A stretch of DNA of 64,000 nucleotides from Podarcis cretensis (Eukaryota): the NCBI GenBank assembly GCA_951804945.1, contig OX638159.1, positions 61,814,001 to 61,878,000 on the forward strand, given 5' to 3'. The notes under the pieces are model-generated. The model did no database searches, had not been told where the DNA came from, and saw only the letters and a list, made by a program, of their open reading frames with translations. The position numbers were made by a program, and so were the translations under genes. Below, one piece after another: positions 50,855 through 63,445 of the stretch (within the stretch, counting starts at the first letter, position 1; every line of letters starts with the position of its first letter).

Positions 50855-50980
50855 GCAGCTCACTCGGTGCAGCATGAGACGCTTAATCTCATGGTTGTGG
50901 GTTCGAACCCCACGTCGGGCAAAATATTCCTCCATTGCAGGGGATAGGCCCTCATGTTCCCTTCCAATTCTACAATTATA
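50855..50980 (+). mobile_element. tRNA-Lys(CTT)-headed short SINE
   Basis: AGCATGAGACGCTTAATCTCATGGTTGTGGGTTCGAACCCCACGTCGGGC plus the shared tail. Confidence 0.7.
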
Positions 50981-52316
50981 GGGTTATCTTTAGATTTGCT
51001 TTGTGGTTTTTCCTAGGGCCATTGTGGGAAGCAACAGGGCAAAGTGACTCGCTCTGTGTCTTCTACTATTGAAACTGAGCTTTCTCTTTCCACCTTCCCC
51101 TCCCGCCTCCCACTTTCCCAACCCCATGAGGTAGAGACAGAATACATCAGCATCCTTTAAAATCATCTTGCTTGTTCCATGTGCCGGAATAGAGTTGTCT
51201 GAATATTAATTATGGTTTCGGCGAAGTTCATAGGTTGAACTGGGGGGGACTGAGAATCCTGCCTTCACTCTCAGCCACCTGCTTAGATTGTCAGTGTTTA
51301 TCTGCTTGAGTGAACTTAAATCAGTTTCTCTAAGTGAAAGGCTCCAAGCAGATGTTAGTGCTCAGAACCGATGTACAGCCTGCCATTAGCATATGTAGCC
51401 TAATCCTAATAAATAGAGGGGACTCTACAACTTTCAAGGTGATTCCTCCGATCAAGGACCCAGCATTCCCCTCCCCCTGCCCCAATTTGGGCTACTCCTC
51501 TCCCCCTCCCTTCCCAGTTTGTGGTTATCTCTAGATTTGGACACAGAACATCCCAGGCCCCCACCCCTTCCAGTGGTCTTCTCTGTTTACGCTACATTGG
51601 AATGATTAATGATACTGTGCATTGTAACTAAATTGTACCGCCATTATCACCAGGTCACTGGTGACAACTAGATATATCATCTCAGGGGTTTATATACAGA
51701 TAACAATTTTACCTACGCGAATAAAGGCGAGGCTGGATGTCGGCCTCATGCTAATGCCAGTGTCTCCGCATATTGGAAAGGCTGTAATGCACTGAACATG
51801 GGGATTTCATTAGAGCAGCATCCGTCCGGGAGCAATGACGGAGTGGATAGTTTGTCAGCCCGAGTCCCATTATCACCGAAAGCTTCTTCTTCTTTTTTCC
51901 CCTGCCTAGGAAAGTATTTTTGTTGCATTGGCATTCACTTCAGGTTTCACAGGAACCCACACAAGTGTTGCAAAACCTTATGACCCAATTTATTGGGGAT
52001 CGGCATTGCCTCCATTTGCAGTGGAGGATGTATTGTGCATGTGAGCAGACCCTCTTGGTGGTGGCACCATACTTTTAAGATAAAATCAGGTGGCTACAAC
52101 TATATTGACCTAAGTTATCATAGGTCAGTGGCTTTGATCTCAATATCCTCTGTGTAAGCAGAAGCTGTTTTCATTTGGACAGGGTGGTGGAGGGAATGAT
52201 CTGAAAGGCTTCCCCAAGTTAAAGATCACAAGAGTCCAACTGGTCTCCCTTGCCAGCATCTTGTGGTGGTCTTTTGGAATTGTGGAACTTAGTATTTGGT
52301 ATGTGTGTTAGGAATA

Positions 52317-52916
52317 CAGTGGTACCTCGGGTTAAATACGCTTCAGGTTACATACACATCAGGTTACAGACTCCGCTAACCTAGAAACAGTACCTCAGGT
52401 TAAGAATTTTGCTTCAGGATGAGAACAGAAATCGCGTGGCAGTAGCGGGAGGCCCCATTAGCTAAAGTGGTAAAGGTAAAGGTAAAAGGACCCCTGACCA
52501 TTAGGTCCAGTCGTGGCCGACTCTGGGGTTACGGTGCTCATCTCACTTTATTGCCTGAGGGAGCCGGCGTACAGGTTCCGGGTCATGTGGCCAGCATGAC
52601 TAAGCCGCTTCTGGCGAACCAGAGCAGCACACGGAAACGCTGTTTACCTTCCCACCGGAGTGGTACCTATTTATCTACTTGCACTTTGACATGCTTTTGA
52701 ACTGCTAGGTTGGCAGGAGCAGGGAACGAGCAATGGGAGCTCACCCCGTCATGGGGATTCGAACCGCCGACCTTCTGATCGGCAAGTCCTAGGCTCTGTG
52801 GTTTAACCCACAGCACCACCTGCGTCCCAGCTAAAGTGGTACCTCGGGTTAAAAACTGTTTCAGGTTAAGTACGGACCTCCAGAACGAATTAAGTTCTTA
52901 AGCCGAGGTACCACTG
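52317..52916. mobile_element. Tigger/pogo-like MITE interrupted by a Sauria SINE
   Basis: TA|CAGTGGTACCTCGG...CCGAGGTACCACTG|TA. Confidence 0.88.
52473..52828 (-). mobile_element. Sauria SINE, full length, inside the MITE
   Basis: 13-bp TSD AGCTAAAGTGGTA (52460-52472, 52829-52841), which is MITE sequence. Confidence 0.92.
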
Positions 52917-53057
52917 TATAGGAAGAGCCCTGCTGGATCAGGAAAAATGGCCAGTCTCATCCAGAATCCTGTTCTCACAGTGGCCAACCAGATGACCATG
53001 AGAACCCTGCAAGCTGGAAATCAGCACAACAGCACTCTGTTCATCTGTGATTCCTGC

Positions 53058-53317
53058 CAGAGCCGTAGCTAAGTGATCTTGCGCCCCTGGCAGAACTGTC
53101 CTGATTGCGTCTCCTAGCCACGGACAAATTATCTCTTCATTCCATCTCTCCTCTAACCTCCTCCCCCAACCCATTAATTCACCCTGTATTTAAAACCTTT
53201 TTCTTATGAGGCAATAATTGATATTTATATTTATGGACATATTTTAAAGCCGATTTTGCGCCCGCCCTCGCCTGCGTCCCTGGTGGGGGCCTACCCCACC
53301 CCCAAACTATGGCCCTG
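53058..53317. mobile_element. hAT-type non-autonomous element inserted in a CR1 3' end (CR1 ~52920-53655, minus strand)
   Basis: Imperfect TIRs CAGAGCCGTAGC / ACTATGGCCCTG; TSD ATTCCTGC/ATTCCAGC (7 of 8 match). Confidence 0.7.
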
Positions 53318-53850
53318 ATTCCAGCAACTGACTTTCAGAATCATTACTGCCTCTGACCATGGAGTCAGAGCATAGCCCTTGATACCTTTGCCTTGCATGA
53401 ATTTGCCAAATCTTCGTTTTAAGCTATCTAAGTTGGCAGCCATCACTATGTGTTGTGTGAAGGAGCCCTTTCTTTTATCTGCCTGAACCCTCCAACCTTC
53501 AGCATCATTGGGTGACTGTGAATTCTAGTTGTATGAGAAAGGGAGGGGGAAAAATTCTCTATCCATTTCCCACCATTCATAATTTTTAAAATTTCTATCC
53601 TGTTGCCTTTTACTTGTTCTTTCCCTAAACCAAAAAGTCCCAGGCACTGCAACCTTTATCCCTCTAGGTTGTCTCCCTCATCACTATCTACAACAGATCT
53701 CCCAGGTACCATCTCTCCACCCAAAAATTAGCCCTTTTACTACAGGCCAGAAGCAGGGAGGATTAGGCTCAGAGGTCAGTGGTCAGTGGACTAAGGGAAC
53801 TAGGCTAGTCCCCTAAATGTTCCTGGTAAATTAGAGTATTCAAGTATTAA

Positions 53851-54477
53851 AGAGTTTGGATTGGATTTGATATCCGGCTTTATCACTACCCGAAGGAGTT
53901 TCAAAGAGGCTAAGGTAAAGGTAAAGGTACCCCTGCCCGTACGGGCCAGTCTTGACAGACTCTGGGGTTGTGCGCCCATCTCACTTAAGAGGCCAGGGGC
54001 CAGCGCTGTCCGGAGACACTTCCGGGTCACGTGGCCAGCGTGACATCGCTGCTCTGGCCAGAGCCAGAGCCAGAGCCGCACACGGAAACGCCGTTTACCT
54101 TCCCGCTGGTAAGCGGTCCCTATTTATCTACTTGCACCCGGAGGTGCTTTCAAACTGCTAGGTTGGCAGGCGCTGGGACCGAGCAGCGGGAGCGCACCCC
54201 GCCGCAGGGATTCGAACCGCCGACCTTTCGATCGGCAAGCCCTAGGCGCTGAGGCTTTAACCCACAGCGCCACCTGCATCCCATCTTCAAAGAGGCTAAC
54301 AATCTCCTTTTCCTTCCTCCCCCACAACAAACACTCTGTGAGGTGAATGAGACTGAGAGACTTCAGAGAAGTGTGGCTAGCCCAAGGTCACCCAGCAGCT
54401 GCATGTGGAGGAGCAGGGAAGCAAAACCAGTTCACCAGATTATGAGTCCACCGCTCTTAACCATTACACCACACTGG
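53851..54477 (-). mobile_element. Squam3-like SINE interrupted by a variant Sauria SINE (53914-54282)
   Basis: 14-bp TSD TTCAAAGAGGCTAA (53900-53913, 54286-54299) within the host SINE; the insert is CpG-rich with a distinct 3' part. Confidence 0.85.
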
Positions 54478-54751
54478 TGCATGGTCCAAGAGCCTGCCCA
54501 CCACCTTCCCAAAGCCCGCCCAGCTTTGGGAAGGAGGCAGCAGGGCTCCAGAATCCTATCATAGGTCTCGTGCCTCCTCGTCAAAGCCCAGGAAACTTCT
54601 GCCCAGCTTAAGGAGGGAGGTGCAATGCTTATGTGCATGCCATTCTGATGTCACCCCTCAATTGCCCTCACAAGATGGCGCCTCTGGCCAAAACTGTTCC
54701 CCTGTGAAAAAAAATCACTACACACCCTACAGTCTTCAAACAAAAACATAT

Positions 54752-55122
54752 TGGAGGTCCCGGGTCACAGGGAGGTTAGGCTGGCCTCAACCAGAGCCAG
54801 GGCTTTTTTGGCTGTTGCTCCGATCTGGTGGAATGCTCTGTCACAAGAGACTAGGGCCCTACGGGACTTGACATCTTTCTGTAGGGCCTGCAAGACAGAG
54901 CTGTTCCATCAGGCCTTTGGCCAAGGCACAGCCTGACCCCCTCCTTTGGTAATCCTCACAGAACTCTAGCCCAGTGGTTGCCATTAATTTGATTTTGAAT
55001 TGATTTTAAAATGAATTGATTTTAGAATGTTGTGTTACTTTTATTGTTATTAGCCACTCTGAGCCCGGCTTCGGCTGGGGAGGGTGGGACATAAATAAAA
55101 TTTTATTATTATTCTTATTATT
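54752..55122 (+). mobile_element. L2 LINE 3' fragment (second subfamily)
   Basis: Peptide RARAFLAVAPIWWNALSQETRALRDLTSFCRACKTELFHQAF; (TTA)-rich tail. Confidence 0.75.
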
Positions 55123-55130
55123 AACACATG

Positions 55131-55426
55131 CAGGGATGTCTTAAGCATATACAGTGCTGGGGTGCAAAGATCCACACCCCTCCCTAGGTTGCCCAGTTCC
55201 AGGCACACAGGAGGGTGGAGCCGGCCAGCAGTCTTGCTGGCTTGCTCACCCCAGATCTCATGGTGCAGAGCCGCCCACAGCAGAAGACCCCGTCGCGACC
55301 CTCCGATCAATGGGCAGGTTCTTCCCCAGACTCAACTCTCAGGCCCCAGACTTCTGGCTTGGCACCCCTGAAAGCCCGGCGCCCGGGTGCCCCGCACCCC
55401 TAGTGCCTTTGGGTAAGACGGCCCTG
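55131..55426. mobile_element. GC-rich hAT-type non-autonomous element
   Basis: TIRs CAGGGATGTCTTA / TAAGACGGCCCTG; perfect 8-bp TSD AACACATG. Confidence 0.82.
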
Positions 55427-56014
55427 AACACATGACCATCTTCTGATCTCCTTATCCATGCCACAGTTTAGAAAACAGTGCAGATATTACTGTAAGGTCA
55501 TAGCAAATAGTTCCAGGTGACTTGTTCAAGGGAGCTTAAAGTTACGACAATATGGGGAACCCCCTACCCACACACATACATATACCCCACACAACATCAC
55601 CGCTCTGTTAATGGTATTGATTCCTGGAAAAGGTCTTTAATGGGTGATTGGGCCCCCAAAAAAACATCTCTTTGAGTCTTCTACAGGAAAAGAAATTAAA
55701 ACTTACACACAGAACCCTTCCCCAGGTAGAAAGTGTCTGTTCGACAATTTAGGCATCGTAAAACTTGGGTTGATCCTTATCAATTCATTCTGATTCCACC
55801 GACGGTTTGCTTTGTTTCCCCACCCCCACCCCCGCTCTTTCCTTTTTTCTGCGCTTATTGATCCTGACCTAGGAAAAAGGCTATTAATCTTGAAGCCAGA
55901 AAAGATCAGAGATAAGTCAAAAATGTGCTTGTTGTTACACAGCGGTGTGAAACATTGTCTTGCTGTGTGTGCATGGGGGGGGAGAGAAGGAAGAGGGAGG
56001 GAGGATCATGGAGG

Positions 56015-56056
<42 letters not shown>

Positions 56057-56768
56057 GCCACCACTCTGGTCCTGTGTGAAAGGAGGAGGCGGGGGGGGGG
56101 GGAGAGAGACTCCTGTGGGTGAGAATTACCTCATTGGGTTTATGGGATGGATGGCCAAGAGGCACAGTGAGAGGGCAGACAGAGGATGGAAGAGTCAGAC
56201 AGTCTGAGCGAGGGATGTACTTGCATCTGTCCTTTAGGCTCCAAGAGATGGTTTTGTAGGACACTGGCATATCCCAATGCCATTTAAGATGATGTGTAGC
56301 TTTTAATGAAAAGGCAGCAGAGACGGGCTGTCTCCATCATGGTCTCCCTCTTTTCTTGGCTCACTGGGGGCGAGTCATTTGCCCATAACTCTTTTTCAGG
56401 TCAGATTAGAAGCATTCCTCCATCTGTATGTAAGATAGTTGGCACTCAGTCCAGTCTTCTCTCTCTCTCTCTGAAATGTTAGTGTTGTGCACAAATCATT
56501 TGCTCCACATTCTCAGGCTGAGCCTCCATCTTGTCTTTTCTTGAATTGAAATTTCCTTCTGGCCAAAAACACAGATTGGTCCTGCTTGGATGTCAAAATA
56601 TCTACCTTCCTGAGACTCTTCCTTCCTAGTGATCTGGGGACACTGACACTTCAATAAGTTTGTGGGGCCAGTCTCCTTTTCTGTTGAGCCTGGAGGTCTA
56701 ATTTATTTGCTCTTCTCACAGCTCCTCCTGGATGATTTCCTGACTGGACAAGTTTCCTTCAGCATTTG

Positions 56769-56770
<2 letters not shown>

Positions 56771-56846
<76 letters not shown>
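56771..56846. repeat. Compound (GT)n(GA)n microsatellite
   Basis: Direct observation. Confidence 0.95.
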
Positions 56847-56848
<2 letters not shown>

Positions 56849-58082
56849 ACCCATATGCACACTTTCCAACAAAACCAATTTCTGGGAATCACAAGTGCGG
56901 GAGTGTTGTTGTGCTTGTGACCTGCTTGGGGGCTTCCCATGGTGGACCTCTGCTTCGTCACTGGAGCAACAGAATGGTGAGCTACATGGGCATTTGGCCC
57001 AGTCCAACAGGGATCTTCTGATGTTCTTACAACTGAGCTATGATCAACTTTGTAGAAGGGTGTGATGAACCTTTTAATACAGATCCTCACATTGGAATGC
57101 AATGAGTACACCAGTGATTCTTGCAGAAAACACCAAAACCTTGGAGTTCAAAGCTTCACACAAGGCCAGGAGAGTAAGAGGCATTATATCCTTGCCCCCA
57201 GGTCCCACCAGGCTCGCCAAGCATTGGAGGACAACAGTTGGCAGCAGAACGTCATCCACGTGTACAAGCTCCATGCATGATATGGAATCCTGAGTGCACC
57301 AGAACGCTACACGTGTAGAACAGGCTCCCAGTCGTAGACCTTCTCCTGCCAAATAATGGTGTGGTTGATCCTTCAACCCATTATCCCACTTTCTTCCTGC
57401 CGCTTTAAGAATTTGCCTAGCCCTCACTTGAACTTTGCCTATCCCTGTTTCTTGCTTGCAGAAGGATTGCTTTTTTTTCTTTTGGTTGTTTTTTTCTTTT
57501 TCTTTTTTTTTTTTGCAAACATGCCCATTGTCCTCTACCTTGTGTGAAGATATTGAGATGCTGGTTTCCTGCCTCTTGTTTACTTTGGCTCCAGGAGTGC
57601 TGCCTGCTTGAATCAGCCCCTTGTGCTCAGAAAAGGATGAAGTCGCCTACGCAGTTTCAAAGCTCCATCTCTCTCTCCCTCTCTCTCCTTCCCTCCTCAG
57701 GTTATGATCAGACAAGTCACTGAGCCAGAGGCTGCCCATCTGCCTTGACTGTGATCATCAGTGCACTTGAATGTGCTCACACACTCTTTTAACTTCAAAG
57801 TCTCTGGTCCCCAGGGCTCTTCTCAAACCCACTTTTGCATTAAGAATGAGATGGCCGTCCCCTGCAAAGCAGATCGGGACCAGAACCCTAGATTGTGAGA
57901 GGGGCAGAAAGGGCCCAGGATCTGCCACCTTCTTGCCCAGAGTTCTGCTACACTCCTGATTGGTTTTCTTTACAAAATACAGTGTATGGGGAAGATCCTG
58001 TTGATTTAGGTTTTGATGCTGACAATACATTGGGGGAAGAGTGTCAGTTTATATCCTGTCCTGTTTTGGGCTGCAACATGAA

Positions 58083-58217
58083 GGATAGCTCACTCAGTAG
58101 AGCATGAGATTCTTAATCTCAGGGTTGAATGTTGGAGCGCCACATTGGGTAAAAAATACTTGCATTGCAGGCGGTAGGACAAGATGATCCTTATGGCCTC
58201 TTCCAACTCTATGATTC
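58083..58217 (+). mobile_element. tRNA-Lys(CTT)-headed short SINE
   Basis: TAGCTCACTCAGTAGAGCATGAGATTCTTAATCTCAGGGTTG plus tail ending ttccaactctatgattc. Confidence 0.7.
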
Positions 58218-58460
58218 AAGCTTCAAGCTTCCCTTCAAGGACCTCAACACCAGTGGCTACTAGCCATGATGGCTGTACTCTGCTTCCACTGTCTAAAGCA
58301 GTAACACTTCTGAATACTAGGTGCTACAGACCACAGGAGGGGAGAGGGCTCTTGTGCTCAGCTCCTGCCTCTGGGTGGCCACGGTGAGAACAGGATGCTG
58401 GCCTAGATGGGCCACTGGCTTGATCCAGCAGGCTCTTCTTAGGTTCTAAGTGGTCTAAGA

Positions 58461-58734
58461 GCCAGTGTGGTGTAGTGGTTAAGAGCAGTGGACTCGTAAT
58501 CTGGTGAACCGAGTTTGCTTCCCCCCTCCTCCACATGCAGCTGCTGGGTGACCTTGGGCTAGTCACACTTCTCTGATGTCTCTCAGCCTCACTTATCTCA
58601 CAGAGTGTTTGTTGTGGGGGAGGAAGGGAAAAGGAGATTGTTAGCTGCTTTGAGACTCCTTCGGGTAGTAATAAAGTGGGATATCAAATCCAAAGTCCTT
58701 CTCCTCCTCCTCCTCCTCTTCTTCTTCTTCTTCT
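58461..58734 (+). mobile_element. Squam3-like tRNA/CORE SINE
   Basis: Close match to 44673-44915; (CTC/CTT)n tail. Confidence 0.78.
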
Positions 58735-58824
58735 ATGTTCTCCTCCTTCAAATGTTGCACAAGCAGGCTTAGCAGGGATTTGTTTTGCAAGTAACAAAAT
58801 ATGCATATTTTTTATTTGTATATA

Positions 58825-59053
58825 CAGTCATACCTCATGTTATGTTTGCTTCATGTTACGTTCTTTCAGGTTACGTCCCGTGGCGACCGGGAAGTACCAG
58901 AAAGGGTTACTTCTGGGTTTCACCGCTTGGGCATGCGCACAAGCACCAAATCATGCCGCACACCTGCGCAGATATGGCACTTCAGGTTGCGCTCTTTTCA
59001 TGTTACAAACGGGCCTCTGGAACGGATCCCGTTCGCAACCAGAGGTACCACTG
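58825..59053. mobile_element. Tigger/pogo-like MITE (related, different interior)
   Basis: TA|CAGTCATACCTC...GAGGTACCACTG|TA. Confidence 0.75.
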
Positions 59054-60963
59054 TAATTGTTAGTAATACTAATTAAGAATCAAGAGCAGGGAAAGAAATA
59101 CATTTGCTAAAGAGATGGTATCTTCAAGGCTCCTGAATGCCTCTTCATTCTTCATTCATTTCTACGTCGCTTTATATTTTAAAGAAAAAGTGTTTACAAC
59201 ACATCCGGAGAGTTCTGAGTACCTTCCTCCCATCAAGCAAAATATCAGGATCAAAGTCAGTAGGGCATGAGACAATAGGGTTGAGAAATACTGTCCCACT
59301 ACCCAGAGGAACGTTCCTCTGGGATTGTACCCAACCTTAGTTATACTCAGAGCAGATGCATGGAAATCAATGGACACAACTAACTTATGTAGGTGTGTTA
59401 ATTTCAATGAGTATACTCTGAGCAGAACTTAGTTGGCTGCAACCCATGGTCTTTAGAGGAAGTCAAAAAATTACTTGCAGTTTATTGGGCCATTTCATTA
59501 GATGTCCCAGAGATGACACAGTCCTTTCAATTGGAAGTCTTGGCTAATCTTTGCTCTCCAGCGAGTGCATGCATTTCCAGATATTCCTAATATGCACAAA
59601 GTGTAATAATCACCAGCATCCTAAGTCTATATCTTAAAATGTAAAATGTAAGGAGGCACTACCAAAGTCTTTGGCCCAAATTGCTAGCTGGCCACAAACA
59701 AGCTTTCCCCCCATGATTGTTGTAAGTTTTGTATTGATGATATATATGGATGGATTGGACAGATATGAAATTATTTGGATGCTCTACAACTAAAAGTAAA
59801 TGCTATGTATTATGGGGAAAGCCCACAGGGAATTTTGCAATGGGGACTAGGGACTGACTAGAAGGAAATGAATACAGTAGGTGAAATGTCCTCTCTTCTT
59901 CCCCCGCCTGCCCCTCATTCTCTCTCACACACACCTCACAAACACCCTCATATCTGTTGCAAAACAAACAAGCAAGCAAACAAAGGTGGAAATGTTCAGT
60001 GTGTTGCAATCATTCCATCATGGGTTCTAAACCAGAGCACACCATTACTGAGCGCCTGCCCCCTGCCCCACGCTGTTGGAAACATCCCGAGCAACAGATT
60101 ATGATGAAAACGAAGAAATACGCAGGCGAACCCCTGATCTCTGAAAGTAATGTACTTTGCCAGCCTCTACCCCTGCTGTCTGGACCGAAGCGTTATTGCA
60201 TAATCGCATTCACACGCATGCACGGAGGGTAGGAGGGGCGAGGGGCAGGCGAGGGAAACAGGAGAGGGAGAAAACAGTTTATCTCGTTGCCGCTTTGCTC
60301 CCCGGTGTCGCTTGATTGCCTGATTGATATTTCTGACACATTTTTCCATGACTGAAGCTGTGATCCTCCAAGTTCAACGTCTTGCCCAATGTAATAAGAT
60401 CCCTTTGTATAAATTTCTTTTGAAGACTCCATGCACGCGTTGCCGCTAGTTACCACGTCATCATATTCCTCTTCCCCGGCGCCGCCGCTGGTGATCAAGC
60501 CTGTATATTTTTAGCTGTTTGTTCGCATTATAAATCCTGCAGGCTTTAAGCTCTGCCAGGTACTCCTGGTATAATTTACCTTTTGGTTTAATGAGAAATA
60601 GGAGCTGAGTCAGGGATAAAGGTGTGTTAAGTCAACACAAATAATCATAGGAGATATCAGCGGAGGAGAATTGGAGAGGAACACAACACGCAAGTGAGTT
60701 GGTATAATGGTCCACAGTGCATTTAGTCCTATAGTTCAGGGGTGGGCAGGCAATACAGCAGGATTTAATGGTTGATTTCTGGGTGATTCGCAGTAGATTA
60801 CCGAGGGCTTCTTCTTCCAAATGTCAATAAAAAGATCACTTGGCCCCACCTAAGTTTTCCTCCCAGGTGTCCATGCTTCACACACACAATTAATCCCTAA
60901 AACCAGTGCTATTTTTAATAATAATAATAATAATATAATAGTAGTAGTAGTAGTAGTAGTAGT

Positions 60964-61164
60964 GATTTATTTATAGCCTGCCCATCTGGGTGGCTCCCAA
61001 CAGATTAAAAACAGAATAAAACATCAAACATTAAAAACTTCTCTAAACAGGGCTGCCTTCAGATGTCTTCTAAAAGTCAGATAGTTGTTTATTTCCTTGA
61101 CATCTGATGGGAGGGCATTCCACAGGGCGGGTGCCACCATCGAGAAAGCCCTCTGCCTGGTTTC
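60964..61164 (-). mobile_element. L2 LINE 3' fragment
   Basis: Same sequence family as 8990-9273. Confidence 0.78.
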
Positions 61165-62064
61165 TAGAAAAAGAGATGCCAGAACTCGCCATGAATGCCT
61201 CCCTTCTTCTCTTACCTATAATGGCAATGGGACCCAGCTAAGAGGTGCTGGAACTCAGTTCCAGCAAGTTGCACCTGAAAAAAAGCCCTGCCTGCAACCA
61301 CCCGGTTTGGTACCTTAAGAGGCTGCGACAGATTCCAAGGTCATGCAGTGAGCTTCATGACTGAGTGGAGATCTGAACCCTGATCTCCCAGGTCTAACCA
61401 CTAAACCACACTGGCTTCCTAGAGTTCTTCTGCTATGGGGCAGCTCTATAAATTAAGTAGGTAACTAAATGTGGGGAAAGCAAAATGTCACTAAGAGAAG
61501 GATCTGAAATATTTTCTTTCAAGCTTGCATTTGTTTTAATCTGGATTGTTTTATTTGATGTTTTAATTTGTGGTCAGCTGCTTTGAGATTTTGAAAAAGA
61601 AAAAAAAGAGAAAGAGAGATAAGAAAAAAGAAAGAGAAGAGCTTTCAAGAGGAAATAGAAAAGATACAGTTCAGAGATTAAATAACTTCTGATTCCTCAT
61701 CAGTCTCTCCCCCCCCCCTCTTTTGTATAACCTTTGATTTGTTTTGGGGTTGTTGTTTTTTTTAAAAAATATATATATCAGAAACTGAGCAGGAAAAATT
61801 GCGTTCGTTGCTGGGCCCATTTTCCCTCTGAGCTTACCCACCAGAAAGTTGCCCAGAGGAGGAATATAAGGCCTGGACTGACAGAGGTTCCCCAGACCTG
61901 CTCTAAATCATGGTTTATCTAGCAACAAGTTTCAGAGCTGTACCTATTTATATGTATGCTTCTGTTATCTCTTGCGTATAAATGTGTTTTCCCCCAGACT
62001 GACTTCCTGACTTCCTGCCTCTGGAAATGGATACTTTGGTTTTATATCTAGTGGCATTGTGAAG

Positions 62065-62100
<36 letters not shown>

Positions 62101-63276
62101 CAGGGATGGTGTAAATTGCCTCTGGTGTCATAAGACACTAAACAATATAATGAGGAGCATTGGTAGTTTCTGGCCCGTATGCATCTCTGCACAGAGTTTT
62201 CTCCCCAGTCCCTATCTCTTGCGAGTGCAATGTAAAGAAAAGATTCATCTGCATCTGTGTGATGACATCTCAGTGTCAGGGCGTGCATATTTATTATAGA
62301 TAAGCTGTCAAAATGTGTGTTGTCAATTTCGCCTGATACTCGAGATTTAATGGCGTGCATCAAAGACGGAAAATCTTTACCATTAATATTAATACAAATC
62401 TAGATTATAAGACTCCATCATTGTAGGTATCAATCAACCACTCCTTAAAATGCGTCACTCAAGTTGATATGCTTTATAGACAATTAACGTGTGCCATTCA
62501 GAACCATCTAGGAAAGAAAATGGGCTGTGGGAGGGTGGAGAAGAGAATATTCAGATTTGAAGGCATTTAGGGAACCTGCTCCTGGCATTCTTCTATAGAT
62601 GGGCATATTTCTATTTTGCTGGACTCGTTTCTCTCTTTGACGTACCGAGCGACACTACCTCCAATATGCCCTTCTCTGCTCTTCCAATAGTGTTTATATC
62701 CAGAGATAACCGTGTCCCACCTGGTTCTCTCCGTTCCATCAGGTTTCTGCTATGCTCACTATATCGGTGTCATCCTCTATGACCAAGTACTTCAGTTCTC
62801 CCATCTTGGCTCGGAGGCTTCTAGCATTGGCATACTTGTATACCATTGTTAAAACTCCAAAGTCTGTGAGCACTTTCTGAAGTCCCTTCACCTTCAGCTA
62901 GGACCAGTCTCTTCACCTCTAAACTGCTTCAATGATGCACAACTTAGCAGAGTAGTGCAGCTTTTCCTAGGCAACGATTGAGACTACTCAGTCAGGACGA
63001 CGATCAAGAACAAAGCTGATGACTAGTAACTTGATCTTGTAGTTTATTATATACGGCAGTAAACTCACAAGCTATATACAAGTTACTATATACAGACACA
63101 AACTTCAACCCTCTCCAAGCACTCCAGATTACTCCTAACTAGCCAAACGGTGTCATAGGTCATGCTGCCTATATGAGAGACCTCAGCCATTCACCAAGCT
63201 GCTACTAGGTCCTCTGATCTCCAGGCAAATTTCTCCCGTGCTCTGTATCCCTAGCCTGTAGTCAAAACACTAATTA

Positions 63277-63445
63277 CCGTATTTTTTGCACCATAACACT
63301 CACTTTTTTCCTCCTAAAAAGTAAGGGGAAATGTCTGTGCGTGTTATGGAGGGAATGCCTACGGGTGGCATGCCTACGGATTTTCCTCCTCTAAAAACTA
63401 CGTGCGTGTTATGGTCGGGTGCGTGTTATAGAGCGAAAAATACGG
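63277..63445. mobile_element. Tc1/mariner-superfamily (Tc2-like) MITE
   Basis: TA|CCGTATTTTTTGCACCATAACAC...GTGTTATAGAGCGAAAAATACGG|TA; repeated subterminal GTGCGTGTTAT. Confidence 0.82.

Noticed and set aside
50855-50930. Functional tRNA-Lys gene (also 32171, 46290, 58083)
   Set aside because: Acceptor and D stems are broken, and all copies continue into a shared tail, so these are SINE heads.
54001-54012. Second RE1 site (GGACAGCGCT on the minus strand)
   Set aside because: Right half-site only, inside a SINE, with no TTCAGCACC partner nearby.
62975-63270. Possible solo LTR
   Set aside because: Only a weak GACTAC/GTAGTC terminal symmetry; no clear TG..CA pair or TSD could be fixed by eye.
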